Shown: positions 15,909-25,600 of the stretch, in pieces
Layout of the letters: each line of letters begins with the position of its first letter
Numbering within the stretch: position 1 is the first letter of the stretch
From: Chthoniobacteraceae bacterium
Lineage (GTDB): Bacteria; Verrucomicrobiota; Verrucomicrobiia; Chthoniobacterales; Chthoniobacteraceae
Assembly (NCBI GenBank): GCA_031409655.1
Contig: JANNXQ010000256.1
Span: 1 to 39,327, forward strand
Length of the DNA: 39,327 bases
Reading direction: 5' to 3'
Notes under the pieces: generated by a model
What the model was told of the DNA's origin: nothing
The model's input: only the letters and a program-made list of their open reading frames with translations
Databases searched by the model: none
Translations under genes and position numbers: made by a program

Positions 15909-17192
15909 TTAAAAGTTCGCCCACGGGCTGGTCGCGGTGCTGGGGGTCTGGATCGGCCCGATGTTTGCGCCCGTGCTCACATCGTAGTTTGCGGTGGCGT
16001 TGCCGGTCGCGCTGTTGCGGACGACGATGCTCGTGCCACTGGTGCGGATTCCATATTGGCTGTTGCTGACGACGTGATTGCTGTCGATGCGATTGTTATC
16101 TCCGTTGGTTCGGATGCCGTCGCCATTAGGGGAACTCCCGCCGTTATGGCTGGAGTTGCAACCCGTGACCAGGCAACTGCTGGCCACGCGGATGCCGACC
16201 GCTTTGTTGTAATTCGTCGTGCAATCCTTAATGGTCACGCCAACGTCAGCGGAGATCCCCATGCCAGTCGAGATGCTGGCGGGTGCAGTGCTCGAATTGC
16301 TATACGAAGTGCAGCCGATGATGGTCGATCCGGCGTCGGCGCGAATGCCTCCCGAAGTCGCTGCGGTGCTGCTGTTGAAACCAGCGGAGCAGTGCGTCAT
16401 CGTACTGGCTTGGCCGAGAAGAAAACCCCATTCCGTCTGGTTTGCGAACGCCGTGCAGTTGGTCACCGTGCTGCCGACGCCGATAGAGATCGCGGCGGTA
16501 AAGGCATTGTTCATGGCCGTGCAGTTGACCAGCGTGGAGCCGCCGCCCGCGCCAATGGCTGCGGTGCCGTTGGAAGGGGCTTGGTTATCCGTCACCGTGC
16601 AATTGCTAATCACGCATCCGGCACCGGCAGAAATAGGGCTGCCGAAATTACTATAAGCCTTGCACCCGTCGATTTGCCACCCGTTGCCAGCGAGCAGGAT
16701 CGGCTGGCCTGTGCAACCCGAGGCCGAAAGCTGCAAAAAAGCGCCGCCACGCGCCACGATGGATAAGGACGACACGCACTGGACGGCACGACCCAACCCC
16801 GCAAGCGCGCCATTTTTCACCACGCAGCGATCCGCCGTGGGAGCGATAGTAATGCCTTCGCCCCCCGTCCCGGAACTGCGCGAGATGAGAAACCCCTGAA
16901 GATCGATCGTGACGCCGGCGACGGTCACATGAATCCCATTCGGCTTCGTTATCCCCAGGTTGGAACTCAAGTAATAGCTCCCGGGCGCGCTGATGATGTA
17001 ATGATAGTTAGCGTCATTCGGCAGCGGATTGACCGTCCGCTGGAGATTGATGCGCGGCTCGATCTCATCGAGCGTCTTCATCGTCGGCACGGGCGCGCCG
17101 GGCGGGGTGAGGGTGCCCTGGGCAAGGATGACGGCTGAAGGTTGAAGGATGAAGAAGCCGATGAGCAGCGTGAGATGGAGGGTGGGTTTCAT
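15909..17192 (-). CDS. Secreted right-handed beta-helix repeat protein (paralog 2)
   Basis: MKPTLHL...AQGTLTPPGAPVPTMKTLDEIEPR, 'VTIDLQGF', beta-helix coils, C-terminal PWANF. Start at ATG 17192. Confidence 0.85.
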   Translation of the reverse strand: MKPTLHLTLLIGFFILQPSAVILAQGTLTPPGAPVPTMKTLDEIEPRINLQRTVNPLPNDANYHYIISAPGSYYLSSNLGITKPNGIHVTVAGVTIDLQGFLISRSSGTGGEGITIAPTADRCVVKNGALAGLGRAVQCVSSLSIVARGGAFLQLSASGCTGQPILLAGNGWQIDGCKAYSNFGSPISAGAGCVISNCTVTDNQAPSNGTAAIGAGGGSTLVNCTAMNNAFTAAISIGVGSTVTNCTAFANQTEWGFLLGQASTMTHCSAGFNSSTAATSGGIRADAGSTIIGCTSYSNSSTAPASISTGMGISADVGVTIKDCTTNYNKAVGIRVASSCLVTGCNSSHNGGSSPNGDGIRTNGDNNRIDSNHVVSNSQYGIRTSGTSIVVRNSATGNATANYDVSTGANIGPIQTPSTATSPWANF

Positions 17193-17216
17193 AGTGGTTA
17201 GTTTACGGATGGGAAC

Positions 17217-17309
17217 GTAGCACTGGGCTTGAGCCCGCACCGGCTGCGCTCACTGGGACGGCGTGCGGATTTTTCAGGCCACGCGGTGACGGGCTGAAGC
17301 CCTGGACTA
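17217..17309. repeat. GTAG-type REP doublet
   Basis: gtagcactgggcttgagcccg (17217-17237) and inverted cgggctgaagccctggacta (17290-17309), which overlaps the Calx-beta gene stop. Confidence 0.6.
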
Positions 17310-18689
17310 TTTTTTTGCGCATTCGACATAGACGGTGCCGGCTTTGGTGAATGTGTCGGTGTGGCCCAGGTCGTCGCTCGCGGCGACTTCCACGCGGAAG
17401 GCGTGGCCGGCAGACTTGCGCGGAAAGCTGAGGGCGAGTTGCAAGGTCACGGTCACGCCGTCGGGACCGCTGCCAGTGACGGTCGTCTGCGCCAGGTCGA
17501 GCCGGGCGCGCTTTGTTTCCAGCACGCTGTTACTTCCTGGTAACTGCCCATGGCCGAAGGTCACGGCATCCTCGCAATCGTCGCCGTCGTGATGATGACC
17601 CTTGCGCCGACGGTCGTGTTTCTTCCCGCGCGTCTCCGCGAGGCTGAAGGTATTGCTCGCCTCATCCCAGCGGACATAGAGCGCGGTGTCGTGGCCGTCG
17701 CGCAGGCGGAGGTCGATGGTCTTCAAGGCGCGCCACACTTCACCCTCCGGCACGGTCCAGATGACGGTGAAGAGTTGCGTCTCCTCGACGGGCACGCGCG
17801 CTTTGTCAGGCGCGAAGTCGAAGGCGCCCGTGGTGAGTGTGAAGTCGCGGATGGTGCAGGTCGCGCTGCCATCCGCGATCGTCCCGCCGGTCGCGTTACT
17901 CAGGGTTACTTGGAAGGTCTCGTCGGGCTCGGTCAGGTCATCCCCGAAGATAGGCACGCTGATCTGCCCGGACGTGGCGCCTTGCGGGATGTCGAGCGTC
18001 CCGAGGCGCCCGCCGTAGTCGGACGGATTCGGATCGGTGATACTCCCGCTGCCGGCGGTGGCCGTGCCAGGGACCGTGGCGAAATGCACGGTCGTGCCGC
18101 TGAGGGTGCCATCGCCGGGTTTGGGATGGGATAAGGTGACGGTAAAGTTCACGTTGCGCGTCTTCGTTTTGCCGAAGGGTTCGCTCGCGGAGATATCGGC
18201 GATCGAGATGCGCGGCGGGCCGTCGTCGTTGCGGATGAGGCCGAGGGCGCTACTCGAGCCGGAGGTCGTGCGCGCGCCGACGATGTTCTGCGCCACCAGA
18301 GCGAAGACTTCATCCGGCTCGATGCTCGGGTCGCCGAAGACCGTCACGGTCACACTCCCTGCTGTGGCGCCGGCTCGGATGTTCACGGGCACGCTGCCCG
18401 GATTCAGGAAGTCCACGCCCGAGCCAGGCGCAGCGCCTGCCGTCGCCGCAGCGGTGCCCACCGGCGTCAAGAACCCCGAGGACAAGCTCACGAGCGCCGA
18501 GACCGTCGTGGCACTCGGACGATCCAGGGTCACGCTGAAGACCAGCGTGGTCGTGCCCGAGTCGCCCTCGAAGACTTCCGCATCGTGGAGGGTGAGGATG
18601 GGAAGATTGCTTTGAGCGCGCGCGAGCGGTGGGGAGAGGGTGAGGGCAAGGAGTGCGGCGAGCGCGACGGAGTGGAGGCGAGTGTTCAT
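17307..18689 (-). CDS. Secreted protein with two Calx-beta domains
   Basis: 'EGDSGTTTLVFSVTL', 'GD..IEPDE.F', 'I.NDD', second copy 'GDDLTEPDETFQVTLSN'. Signal peptide from ATG 18689. Confidence 0.85.
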   Translation of the reverse strand: MNTRLHSVALAALLALTLSPPLARAQSNLPILTLHDAEVFEGDSGTTTLVFSVTLDRPSATTVSALVSLSSGFLTPVGTAAATAGAAPGSGVDFLNPGSVPVNIRAGATAGSVTVTVFGDPSIEPDEVFALVAQNIVGARTTSGSSSALGLIRNDDGPPRISIADISASEPFGKTKTRNVNFTVTLSHPKPGDGTLSGTTVHFATVPGTATAGSGSITDPNPSDYGGRLGTLDIPQGATSGQISVPIFGDDLTEPDETFQVTLSNATGGTIADGSATCTIRDFTLTTGAFDFAPDKARVPVEETQLFTVIWTVPEGEVWRALKTIDLRLRDGHDTALYVRWDEASNTFSLAETRGKKHDRRRKGHHHDGDDCEDAVTFGHGQLPGSNSVLETKRARLDLAQTTVTGSGPDGVTVTLQLALSFPRKSAGHAFRVEVAASDDLGHTDTFTKAGTVYVECAKK

Positions 18690-18735
18690 GGTTTGGTGAT
18701 GGGTAAGTCGTGATGCATTCGGAGCACGGCAGCAG

Positions 18736-18949
18736 GCTTTGGAGTGCGGCGACTTGTCGCCGCTTTGTAGTGGCGGAAACTTGTTTCCCGCGGCGGGGAG
18801 ATGACGTGTCGCTGCGCAACTCTCCCCGCCACTGCGGACATTCGAGCGGAGCGAGAAAGCCTGCCGAAGGCAGCCCGAAGGGCAGCGCCGGGGGGCGCCG
18901 GCAACTCCGCACCGCCGCAAAGCGGTGACAAGTCACCGCACTCCAAAGC
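18736..18949. repeat. GGAG-type REP doublet (REPIN-like) carrying a nested insertion
   Basis: IR gctttggagtgcggcgacttgtcgccgctttg (18736-18767) / caaagcggtgacaagtcaccgcactccaaagc (18918-18949), each arm itself a hairpin. Confidence 0.85.
18841..18903 (+). mobile_element. 63-bp mini-hairpin insertion 5 (homologue of insertion 1)
   Basis: TTCGAGCGGAGCGAGAAAGCCTGCCGAAGGCAGCCCGAAGGG...GGGGGGCG...CA. Removal restores the hairpin TGCGGA-CAAC-TCCGCA. Confidence 0.8.
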
Positions 18950-19027
18950 GCCTGGCCGCAGCGCGCGTGTGCTAGCCGGGGGGAAATTCGGATGCGGGTG
19001 GGAGAAGCACATATTCGTTCCTCCAGG

Positions 19028-20089
19028 CTACGGCGTGCCGAGGAATTTATTCGTCGAGGACACCGTGCCCGTGCCGATGACGCTGCACCCGATGGCGACG
19101 TTGGCCTGGAGCGCCACGCCGCCATTGCGCGAGCCGCGGCAGAAGCTCGCGGTGCCATTGACGGTGAGCCCAAACGCGCCCGAGACACTGCTCCCAAAGC
19201 AATGGTGGGCATTCGATCCGCCCAAGCCCACGCCAGAGGTGCTGACGCCCGTCGAGTTGCTGGCCATCACGACCGAAACGCCGTTGGCGGAGACGCTGGT
19301 GCCGTGGCAATTGCTGGCGGTTCCGGCCTCGATCCCCTTCCCGGCGGCGGCGACCCCGCGACAGTTTTCCGCCAGCACGCAGTTGATGGCGTCATCGGCG
19401 CCCGTGGCGCCGACGGATTCGGCGTAGGAATCGGTGACCGTGCCGCCGACGATGCCGAATGTGCCACTGACGTTGACCGCGCAGTCCCGCACCAGTCCGC
19501 CGGTGATCCCGGCACCGGCGCAGACGGAGACCGCGCAGCGTTCGATGACCAGGGTGGGAACGTCGCTGAACGCCAGAAAGATCCCGTCACTTCCCACGCC
19601 GCTGACGCTGACCTCCGAGACTCGGAGATTGTCGCTGGAGGGACTTGCGCTGGACGTGCTCACGCCGTCGAGAAATCCCCCTGGCGTGAAGGTGCCGGCG
19701 GCGAAGGTGGTGGTCCCGCGGATGTGGCCGTTTCTGACGGTGACGTTCCTGCGCACGCCGGTGATGGTCACGGCGTTCCCCGCGGCCGGGCTGGCGGTCG
19801 AGGAGATCGTGAAGCCATTGAGATCGAGGGTCACATTATCCGCGGCGATGGTGATCGCGGTGCCGGTGGCGACGGTGAGGTTGCCCGTGAGGTAGTAGCT
19901 GCCCGACGCGCCGAGGACGAAAGGCGCGCTGGAGATGGGCGTGCGGGCTTCCAACTGATCGAGCGTCTTCATCGTCGGCGCCGGCGCGCCGGGCGGGGTG
20001 AGGGGGCCCTGGGCGAGGAGGAAGGATGAGGGATGAAGGATGAAGGATGCGGTGAGCAGCGTGAGGAGGAGGGCGGATGGGGTTTTCAT
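19028..20089 (-). CDS. Secreted right-handed beta-helix repeat protein (paralog 3)
   Basis: AQGPLTPPGAPAPTMKTLDQLEAR, 'GSYYLTGNL', 'VTLDLNGF', short Cys-containing coils. Confidence 0.85.
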   Translation of the reverse strand: MKTPSALLLTLLTASFILHPSSFLLAQGPLTPPGAPAPTMKTLDQLEARTPISSAPFVLGASGSYYLTGNLTVATGTAITIAADNVTLDLNGFTISSTASPAAGNAVTITGVRRNVTVRNGHIRGTTTFAAGTFTPGGFLDGVSTSSASPSSDNLRVSEVSVSGVGSDGIFLAFSDVPTLVIERCAVSVCAGAGITGGLVRDCAVNVSGTFGIVGGTVTDSYAESVGATGADDAINCVLAENCRGVAAAGKGIEAGTASNCHGTSVSANGVSVVMASNSTGVSTSGVGLGGSNAHHCFGSSVSGAFGLTVNGTASFCRGSRNGGVALQANVAIGCSVIGTGTVSSTNKFLGTP

Positions 20090-20695
20090 TTGGATGCGGC
20101 GGTGGGATGGCGGGTGCGTTCAGGAGGCTGATTCCCTATTTTCTGGAAATGCTGGCAGGAAACCCGGAGCCGCCGGTGGCGCGAGCGGGGGAGTTTTCAT
20201 GGGGGGAGAGGGGAAGGAGGAGGCTCTCCCGAGGCCGCGCCGCGTCGTGCCGTGATTCCCAGCGCGCATTGCAGCCATTCGAAAAACCACCGCTGTTAGA
20301 AAATGCTTTTCGCTGCGCAAGGGCAAGGCAATTCACAGCCAGTAAACTCCTGCGGACCGGCCCCAGTGCTGCGGCGGCCCACCTTTCCTGGCGGTGCGAT
20401 ATCGTTCGGTGGCGTTGCGGAATCATTCGCACGCCGCGGAATCTCCGGGCTTCATTTTGCCCCCGAGCACGAGCAGCAGAGCCGCGACCGTCCCACGCAA
20501 GCCAAGCCGTGCTGGCACCTCTGCAACGTGCATGGACGGAATGCAGGCGGGAGACGGGGGAGCATGGCCGTGCCGTCACCTCGCAACGCGACCGAGGGAA
20601 GAGGACCACGCCCTCCGTCGCTTCAGCCACCCGTCAAATCCCCTCTCCTGGCTGAGGAGCAATTCCGCAAACTCAGCTCCGTTTTGCCGTCTTCG

Positions 20696-21787
20696 CTAGC
20701 TCACTTTCCGCAGCTTTGTCACGCGGCCGCTTTGCACCCACTCGGCGACGAAGATGTTTCCGGCCCCATCGAAACAGGCGTCGTGGGGATGCAGGAATTT
20801 GCCGGAGACCCAGCCTTCGCCCTTTTCGTTTTTGCGCAGGGCCATCTTGTCTTTGAGCACCTCGGCGCGCCAGGCGGGGTCTTCGCCGAGGTGAGTGATG
20901 ATGGCGTCGTTTTTATCCAGCAAAGTGAGGCGGGCGCTGAGGTCGGGGACGAGCATGAGGTCGCCGTGGGTGTCCACATTTGCCGGGAGGATGAAGCCGT
21001 CAAGGGTCTTGAGGTGTTTGCCTTCGAGGGTGAACCATTGCAGGCGCTTGTTTGCGCGGTCGGCGACGACGAGTGCGGGATCGCGTCCGGGGCGCGCATC
21101 GATCCAGAGACCATGCGGGGTGTTGAATTGGCCGGGGCCGGTGCCGGGCTCGCCAAAGTGGCCGACCCAATTGCCGGCCTTGTCGTAGCGATGGATGCGG
21201 AAGGAGCCGTAGCCGTCGGCGAGGAAGAAACCGCCATCGGGCAGAAAGGCAAAGTTCGTGGGCATGAAGGCGTCGCGGCCCCAGCGTTTCGCGGGCGCGG
21301 TGTCCTCGGCCGCAGGGTAGAGTTTCGATTCCATGGGGGCGCGCTTTTCCCAGACGACTTCGCCTTTGAGGGTGAGCTTGGCGAAATTTTTGAGCTGCTG
21401 GTAGCCGGTGACCCAGAGGAATTGCTCGGTGCCTTCGGTGCGCACTTCGAGCCCGTGGCCGCCCCCTTGGAATTGATTCCCAAACGCCCGGACAAATTTC
21501 CCCTCGGGGTCGAAGACGAAGATGGAGGGGTGATCGCGCAGTTCCGCGCGGCCCTCGTGGATGACGTAAAGGAGGCCGTCGCGATCGACGGCGACATTGT
21601 GGGTGGTCTGCCAGGTGTACTTATCGGGGAGTTGCGGCCAGGCGTGGTGGACTTCGTAGCGGTGCTCGCCTTCGCCGATGACGAGCTGCTGCTCCGTCTT
21701 CTGCGCGGTGAGCACGCGCGGCGCGACGAGGGCGGCGGCGGTGCTGGCGAGGAAATGGCGGCGGGTGATGTGGGAGGGAGATTTCAT
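20696..21787 (-). CDS. Tat-exported NHL-repeat beta-propeller protein (peptidylglycine lyase-like)
   Basis: TRRHFL Tat motif from ATG 21787; 'ADGYG', 'PGQFNTPHGLWID', 'VADRAN.RLQ', 'HPHD'. Confidence 0.8.
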   Translation of the reverse strand: MKSPSHITRRHFLASTAAALVAPRVLTAQKTEQQLVIGEGEHRYEVHHAWPQLPDKYTWQTTHNVAVDRDGLLYVIHEGRAELRDHPSIFVFDPEGKFVRAFGNQFQGGGHGLEVRTEGTEQFLWVTGYQQLKNFAKLTLKGEVVWEKRAPMESKLYPAAEDTAPAKRWGRDAFMPTNFAFLPDGGFFLADGYGSFRIHRYDKAGNWVGHFGEPGTGPGQFNTPHGLWIDARPGRDPALVVADRANKRLQWFTLEGKHLKTLDGFILPANVDTHGDLMLVPDLSARLTLLDKNDAIITHLGEDPAWRAEVLKDKMALRKNEKGEGWVSGKFLHPHDACFDGAGNIFVAEWVQSGRVTKLRKVS

Positions 21788-21914
21788 CGGGGAGAGGGTG
21801 CGTGGTGAAGGGGAAGTGTAGGCACGCGCGCGCCGCGGCACCAATGCGAAACCCCTCGAGCCCGCGCCGGAGGACGATTTTCGGACGAGCGCGGAAGCTG
21901 GCCGCGGACTTTGG

Positions 21915-22490
21915 CTAGACCCCGAAGGCAACCGTTTCGTAGGCCTCGGCAAGAGGCAGGCTCGCTCCGATCTCGGGGAGTGCGACGACGGCTCCGAGAC
22001 CGCTGTGGACCTCGCGGGCAAAGCCCTGATCGCCGCGCCGCCAGACCACGGCCTCGGCCTTTTCCTGACTGAGCAGCAGGTAAACCCGGAGGCTCGGGAT
22101 GGTCTGATAAGCGTCGCGCTTTTCGAGTTCATCGGTCCGCCGCGTCGATTCCGAGATGACTTCGATGATGATCACGGGCTGGTCGTGGAAGACGGACTTT
22201 GAAGGCCCATCCGTGCAGGCGATGGTCAGGTCCGGATAATAGAAGCGGGTGTGCGTGGGATACTGCACGCGGATTTTCAAATCTGAACCGTAAGGACGGC
22301 AGCGCTTACCGCGCAGTTGGCTTCCCAAGCTAATCAGCGCATTGGTCGCGATGGCCGCATGGGCCGTCGTGCCGCCCCCCATCGCATAGATGGTCCCACC
22401 GATGTATTCGTGCCGCTCGGGCTGGGCATCCTCCCACGCGAGGTAGTCTTCGACGGTCAGCATTTGGCTTTCGATGCGCTCGGCAGTCAT
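21915..22490 (-). CDS. Uma2 family (PD-(D/E)XK, DUF820) putative endonuclease
   Basis: 'LTVEDYLAWE....RHEYIGG.IYAM.GG...H', 'YYPDL', 'IIEVISEST...D..EK...Y..IPSL..YLL'. Confidence 0.9.
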   Translation of the reverse strand: MTAERIESQMLTVEDYLAWEDAQPERHEYIGGTIYAMGGGTTAHAAIATNALISLGSQLRGKRCRPYGSDLKIRVQYPTHTRFYYPDLTIACTDGPSKSVFHDQPVIIIEVISESTRRTDELEKRDAYQTIPSLRVYLLLSQEKAEAVVWRRGDQGFAREVHSGLGAVVALPEIGASLPLAEAYETVAFGV

Positions 22491-22612
22491 GCCCACGATA
22501 CTACCTCGCGGAGACCTCGGTGCAATGTCCGGTTCGCGGGGCGATGCCGTCCGGCAACACCCCGAAGTTCCCGCTTCGCGTCCCAAACTGGGCGCGTATA
22601 TTTTGCCGCTCC

Positions 22613-25600
22613 ATGTCCTCCGATTCCTTCGTCCATCTGCACTGCCACACCGAGTATTCCACGCTCGATGGCGCGGTGCGGATCGCAGCGGCGATGACGC
22701 GGGCGAAGGAGTACGAAATGCCGGCGCTCGCGATCACGGATCATGGGAACATGTTTGGCGCGATCGAGTTTTACGAGGAGGGGAAAAAGGCGGGCGTGAA
22801 GCCGATCATCGGGTGCGAGGTGTATGTGGCGCCGGAGTCGCATCTGAAGAAGTCGGCGAACTCGCAGCGGGAGTCGGCGTTTCATTTCACCCTGCTCGCA
22901 CAGAATGACGAAGGGTATCGCAATCTGGTGAAGCTGGTGTCCATCGCGCACCTCGACGGGATGTACTACAAGCCGCGCATCGACAAGGAACTGCTGGCGC
23001 AACATTCGGCGGGGCTGATCGGGCTAAGCGGGTGTCTGAAGGGCGAGATCAACTCGGCGATCATCGAAGACCAATTACCCCGCGCTAAGGAGCTGACGGC
23101 GGCGTATCGCGACATCCTCGGGGCGGAGAATTTTTTCCTCGAACTGCACAACCACGGCATGGAGGCGCAGATCAAGTGCAACCGCGTGCTGCCTTCGCTG
23201 GCCAAGGAGTTCGGCCTCGGGCTAGTCGCGGCGAACGACGTGCATTTCCTCGATCGCGCCGATCACGCCGCGCATGACGCGCTGATCTGCATTGGGACTG
23301 GGTCGAACATCACGGACGAGAAGCGGATGAAGTATGTGACGGAGGTTTTCTTCAAATCGCCGGCGGAAATGCGCGCGCTTTTTGCGGAAGTGCCGGAGGC
23401 CTGCGACAACACCCTGGCGATCGCCGAGCGTTGCGAACTGAAGATTGATACCTCGGCGAAGTATCCGAACTACACGCCGCCCGCGGGCAAGACGCAGAAC
23501 CAATATTTGCGCGAGATCACGGAGGAAGGACTGCGCAAGCGCTACGGCTCAAAGGCGGACGGCGAGGAAGTGCAAAGGCGCTACGCACTGGAGATCGCGG
23601 TGCTCGAGGCGCAGGGGTTCGTGAATTATTTCCTCATCGTCTGGGACTTCATCCACTGGGCGAAGCAGCACGGCATCCCCGTGGGACCGGGACGCGGTTC
23701 GGCGGCGGGTTCCATGGTCGCCTACGCGATGGGCATCACCGATATCGACCCGATCAAATTCAAGCTGCTCTTCGAGCGTTTCCTGAATCCCGAACGCGTG
23801 TCGCCGCCGGATATCGACGTCGACTTCTGTGTGAATCGGCGCGGCGAGGTCATCGAGTATGTGCGGCAGAAATACGGCGAGCGCGCGGTGTCGCAGATCA
23901 TCACCTTCGGCACGCTCGGCGCGAAGAGCGTCATCCGCGATGTGGCGCGCGTGCTGGGCTGGGCTTACGGCGATGCGGATCGCGTGGCGAAGATGATCCC
24001 GAACGAACTCGGCATCACGCTCGCGGGGCTGGACAAGAAGAACAAGGAGACGGGCGAGGTCGAGCACACGCCGGGGGCGATCGACAAGAATCCCGAGCTG
24101 AAGAAAGCGGTGGAGACGGAGCCGGCGACTTCGCAGCTCTGGGACATCGCGACGAAGCTGGAAGGACTCACGCGCGGCGTCGGTGTGCATGCGGCAGGCG
24201 TGGTCATCAGCGATCGCGATCTTTCCGAATACATCCCGCTGACCCGCGCGAACGACGGCTCGATCATCTCGCAATACGGGATGAACCCGCTCACCGAGGT
24301 CGGCATGCTGAAGTGCGACTTCCTCGGCCTGAAGACGCTCACCGTGATCACCGACGCCGTGGTGCTCATCCGCAAGCACACGCCCGACTTCAACATCGAC
24401 ACCATCCCGCTCGATGATCAGCGCACCTTCGATATCCTGAATCGCGGCGAAACGACCGGCGTCTTCCAATTGGAATCCGGCGGCATGGTCGGGGTGTGCC
24501 GACAATTTGACATCAAGGACATCGAGGATATCAACGCCATCTTGGCGCTCTATCGCCCAGGCCCGATGGACCTCATCCCGGATTACATCAAGCGCAAGAA
24601 GGGCACGCAGAAGATCAAGTATCTGCACCCGCTGCTCGCCGAGGTCTGCGGCGAAACGTATGGGATCTTTGTCTATCAGGAGCAGGTCATGCGCGCCGCG
24701 CAGGTGCTCGCCGGCTACACCCTCGGCGGCGCCGATCTGCTCCGCCGCGCGATGGGCAAGAAGGACAAGGAGAAGATGGCCAAGGAGCGGGAAAAATTCG
24801 TCGAGGGCGCCGAGAAGCTGCACCAGATCAAGTCTGACACGGCGAATGAGATCTTCGACTTGCTCGATAAATTCGCCGGCTACGGCTTCAACCGGTCGCA
24901 CTCCGCGGCCTACGCGTGGATCAGCTACCAGACGGCCTTCTTGAAGGCCAACTACCCGGTCGAATTCATGTCCGCGGTGATGAGCAATGAAGTCTCGAAC
25001 ACCGACAAGATCAGCATCTTCGTCAGCGAGTGCGAGCGGATGGGGATGAAAATTCTCGCGCCGGATATCAATGAGAGCGGACAGAAGTTTGAGCCGGGAA
25101 ACGGGCCTTTGGCTTTAGCCAAAGAGCCGCCGGACGCGGCTGAAGCGCCAGCGAAGTTGGCGATCCGCTACGGACTGGCGGCGATCAAGAACGTGGGCGA
25201 AGGCGCGATGATCGCAGCGATCGAGGAGCGCGATCGGGGTGGCGTATTTGCGTCGTTGAATGATTTCTGCGCGCGGATGGACGGAAGGAAGATCAACAAG
25301 AAGGCCATCGAATGTCTGGTGAAGTGCGGGGCCTTTGATTTTACCCGCACCGAGCGCGCGCAGCTTTTCTCCGAAATCGATGCCGCGATGGCAGCGGCCG
25401 CAAGCGCGCATCGGGACAAGGCCGCGGGCCAGGTGTCGATGTTTGATGCCTTCGAGACCGCGCCGCCCAAGCCGACCAAAAGGTCAGGTGCGCCTGCGGT
25501 CACCCCGTGGACGCACACCGAGAAGCTCGGGTTTGAGAAGGAGCTGCTCGGCTTTTACGTCACCGGACATCCGCTCGACGAATACCGCTCCGCGCTCGCA

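Noticed and set aside
11963..20089. Prophage tail module (collagen, FN3, beta-helix tailspike-like genes)
   Set aside because: No capsid, terminase, integrase or lysis genes, and most of these proteins carry Sec signal peptides.
20090..20695. Riboswitch or ncRNA in the 600-bp gap upstream of the beta-helix cassette
   Set aside because: No recognisable conserved motif by eye; an Rfam/Infernal scan would be needed.
21915..22490. Uma2 nuclease as part of the defence island
   Set aside because: It is more than 10 kb from the RM remnant, stands alone, and belongs to a family that is commonly dispersed in many copies.
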